Assembly: GCF_006345805.1 (NCBI RefSeq)
Contig: NC_042998.1
Location: 73,036,001-73,100,000, forward strand
Length of the DNA: 64,000 nt
From: Octopus sinensis
Taxonomy: Eukaryota
Reading direction: 5' to 3'
Both the position numbers and the translations under genes were made by a program. Positions within the stretch are counted from its first letter, which is position 1. Every line of letters begins with the position of its first letter. Below are positions 62,871 through 64,000 of the stretch, in pieces. The notes beneath the pieces are model-generated. The model had not been told where the DNA came from. It was given only the letters and a program-made list of their open reading frames with translations, and did no database searches.

Positions 62871-63845
62871 TTACGCTGTCTCAATAGATATAAATCAGAA
62901 TTTAATTCTGTATATTTAATATTTTTTCTTAATGTGTTCATATTATATTACGCTTGATTGAAATATTAAAAGTGTTCTCACCCTCATGCTAAAGTTTTCT
63001 GAAATTGTTGATTTATTATAAAGTTGATCCTTTCAAGTAAAATTTTTATTTCCGTTTCAATTTTCATTGAAATAAATTAATGTGAATATTTCACATTAAT
63101 GTGAAAAATATTTTCAATAAAGAATGTGGATATTCCTGTGATAAATGTAGTTAAACTCATTGAATTCTAGTTATCTTTTAAATTTTTATTTATCGATAAA
63201 ATATTTGTCCAATAGATATATCAACTTCTCAAAAGACAATTCTAAGTAAATAGGTATCCTTCAAAAATAGCTCACCAAATTGAATATTTATATTATTCCA
63301 TTTCTTTCATTCGCCATGAGAAAACATTTTACACGAGAATACCAATTTCATAATAAATGATTAAATAAAGAATTTAGTTTTAGAACTGTTGTTTTAGTTT
63401 TCACACAAATACAATTGTGTATATTAAGGGGCTTGACGATTAACTGTAATACGTAACTTCAATATGATTCTTACATTAAATTCCATTTCATTTTAACTAA
63501 CACTTCTCAGAAGTTTACATTTATACATGTTTTTCTCTTTCTCTTCCATAGTTCATTCTGGAAGATCTTTATCTCTTGTTACAACAACGTTCGTTCTAAG
63601 CTACACAAGAGAAATCTCCCTAAGTTTATGATCTAAATTTTTCAAACAGCAATTTTCTAGTTGCAACGCTTAGCTTCAATTTTCAAATTCTGTGAATTGT
63701 TTTGTAAGATATATTTGGATAAAACACGACAAGAATTTATTTATCAAAAGAAAGTGAACGAAAAGAAGTGGTAAATGAAATCAGACGTTGGAAAAAATAC
63801 AACGCAAATAGATAACTGAAATTACATATATTTAGGTTACAATGC

Positions 63846-63906
<61 letters not shown>

Positions 63907-64000
63907 AGCATGCATAGATAACTGCATATCTGCTATTTCTCTTTCGGCGAGAAAAATTCAAAATATAGGTAGAAGAGATAAATTACAAAACTTATTTTAA

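Noticed and set aside
63077-63100. Short palindrome TTAATGTGAA-TAT-TTCACATTAA
   Set aside because: Ten-base AT-rich arms are expected by chance in DNA of this composition.

Overview
AT-rich, microsatellite-dense eukaryotic (animal) non-coding DNA. The repeat landscape resembles a cephalopod (Octopus-like) genome, but that is recall, not a search result. I found no credible host exon, rRNA/tRNA gene or CRISPR array. Nearly all ORF-track entries are microsatellite translations or decayed transposon fragments. The window holds: three SINE families (here called A, B, C); decayed Tx1/L1-clade, R4/Dong-type, CR1-type and RTE LINEs; Penelope-like elements, including one with Naiad-like motifs; two mariners; and weak hAT and Helitron-like remnants. 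The best candidate for an undescribed system is tRNA-derived SINE A. It occurs as monomers and as 2-4-mers whose ~65-bp linker matches the 3' end of a Tx1-clade LINE in this window, and the linkers join back into the SINE's own head at two fixed positions. This suggests a self-targeting or concatemeric SINE mobilised by a sequence-specific Tx1 partner. Other notable structures are: two neighbouring type I hammerhead-like motifs with a non-canonical (C/U)CGACGA core; a decayed HDV-like ribozyme in an RTE 5' UTR; a 346-bp near-perfect palindrome inside the Naiad-like element; and a ~1.15-kb inversion with 9-bp inverted microhomology that splits a mariner. All alignments and counts were done by eye, and many boundaries are approximate.
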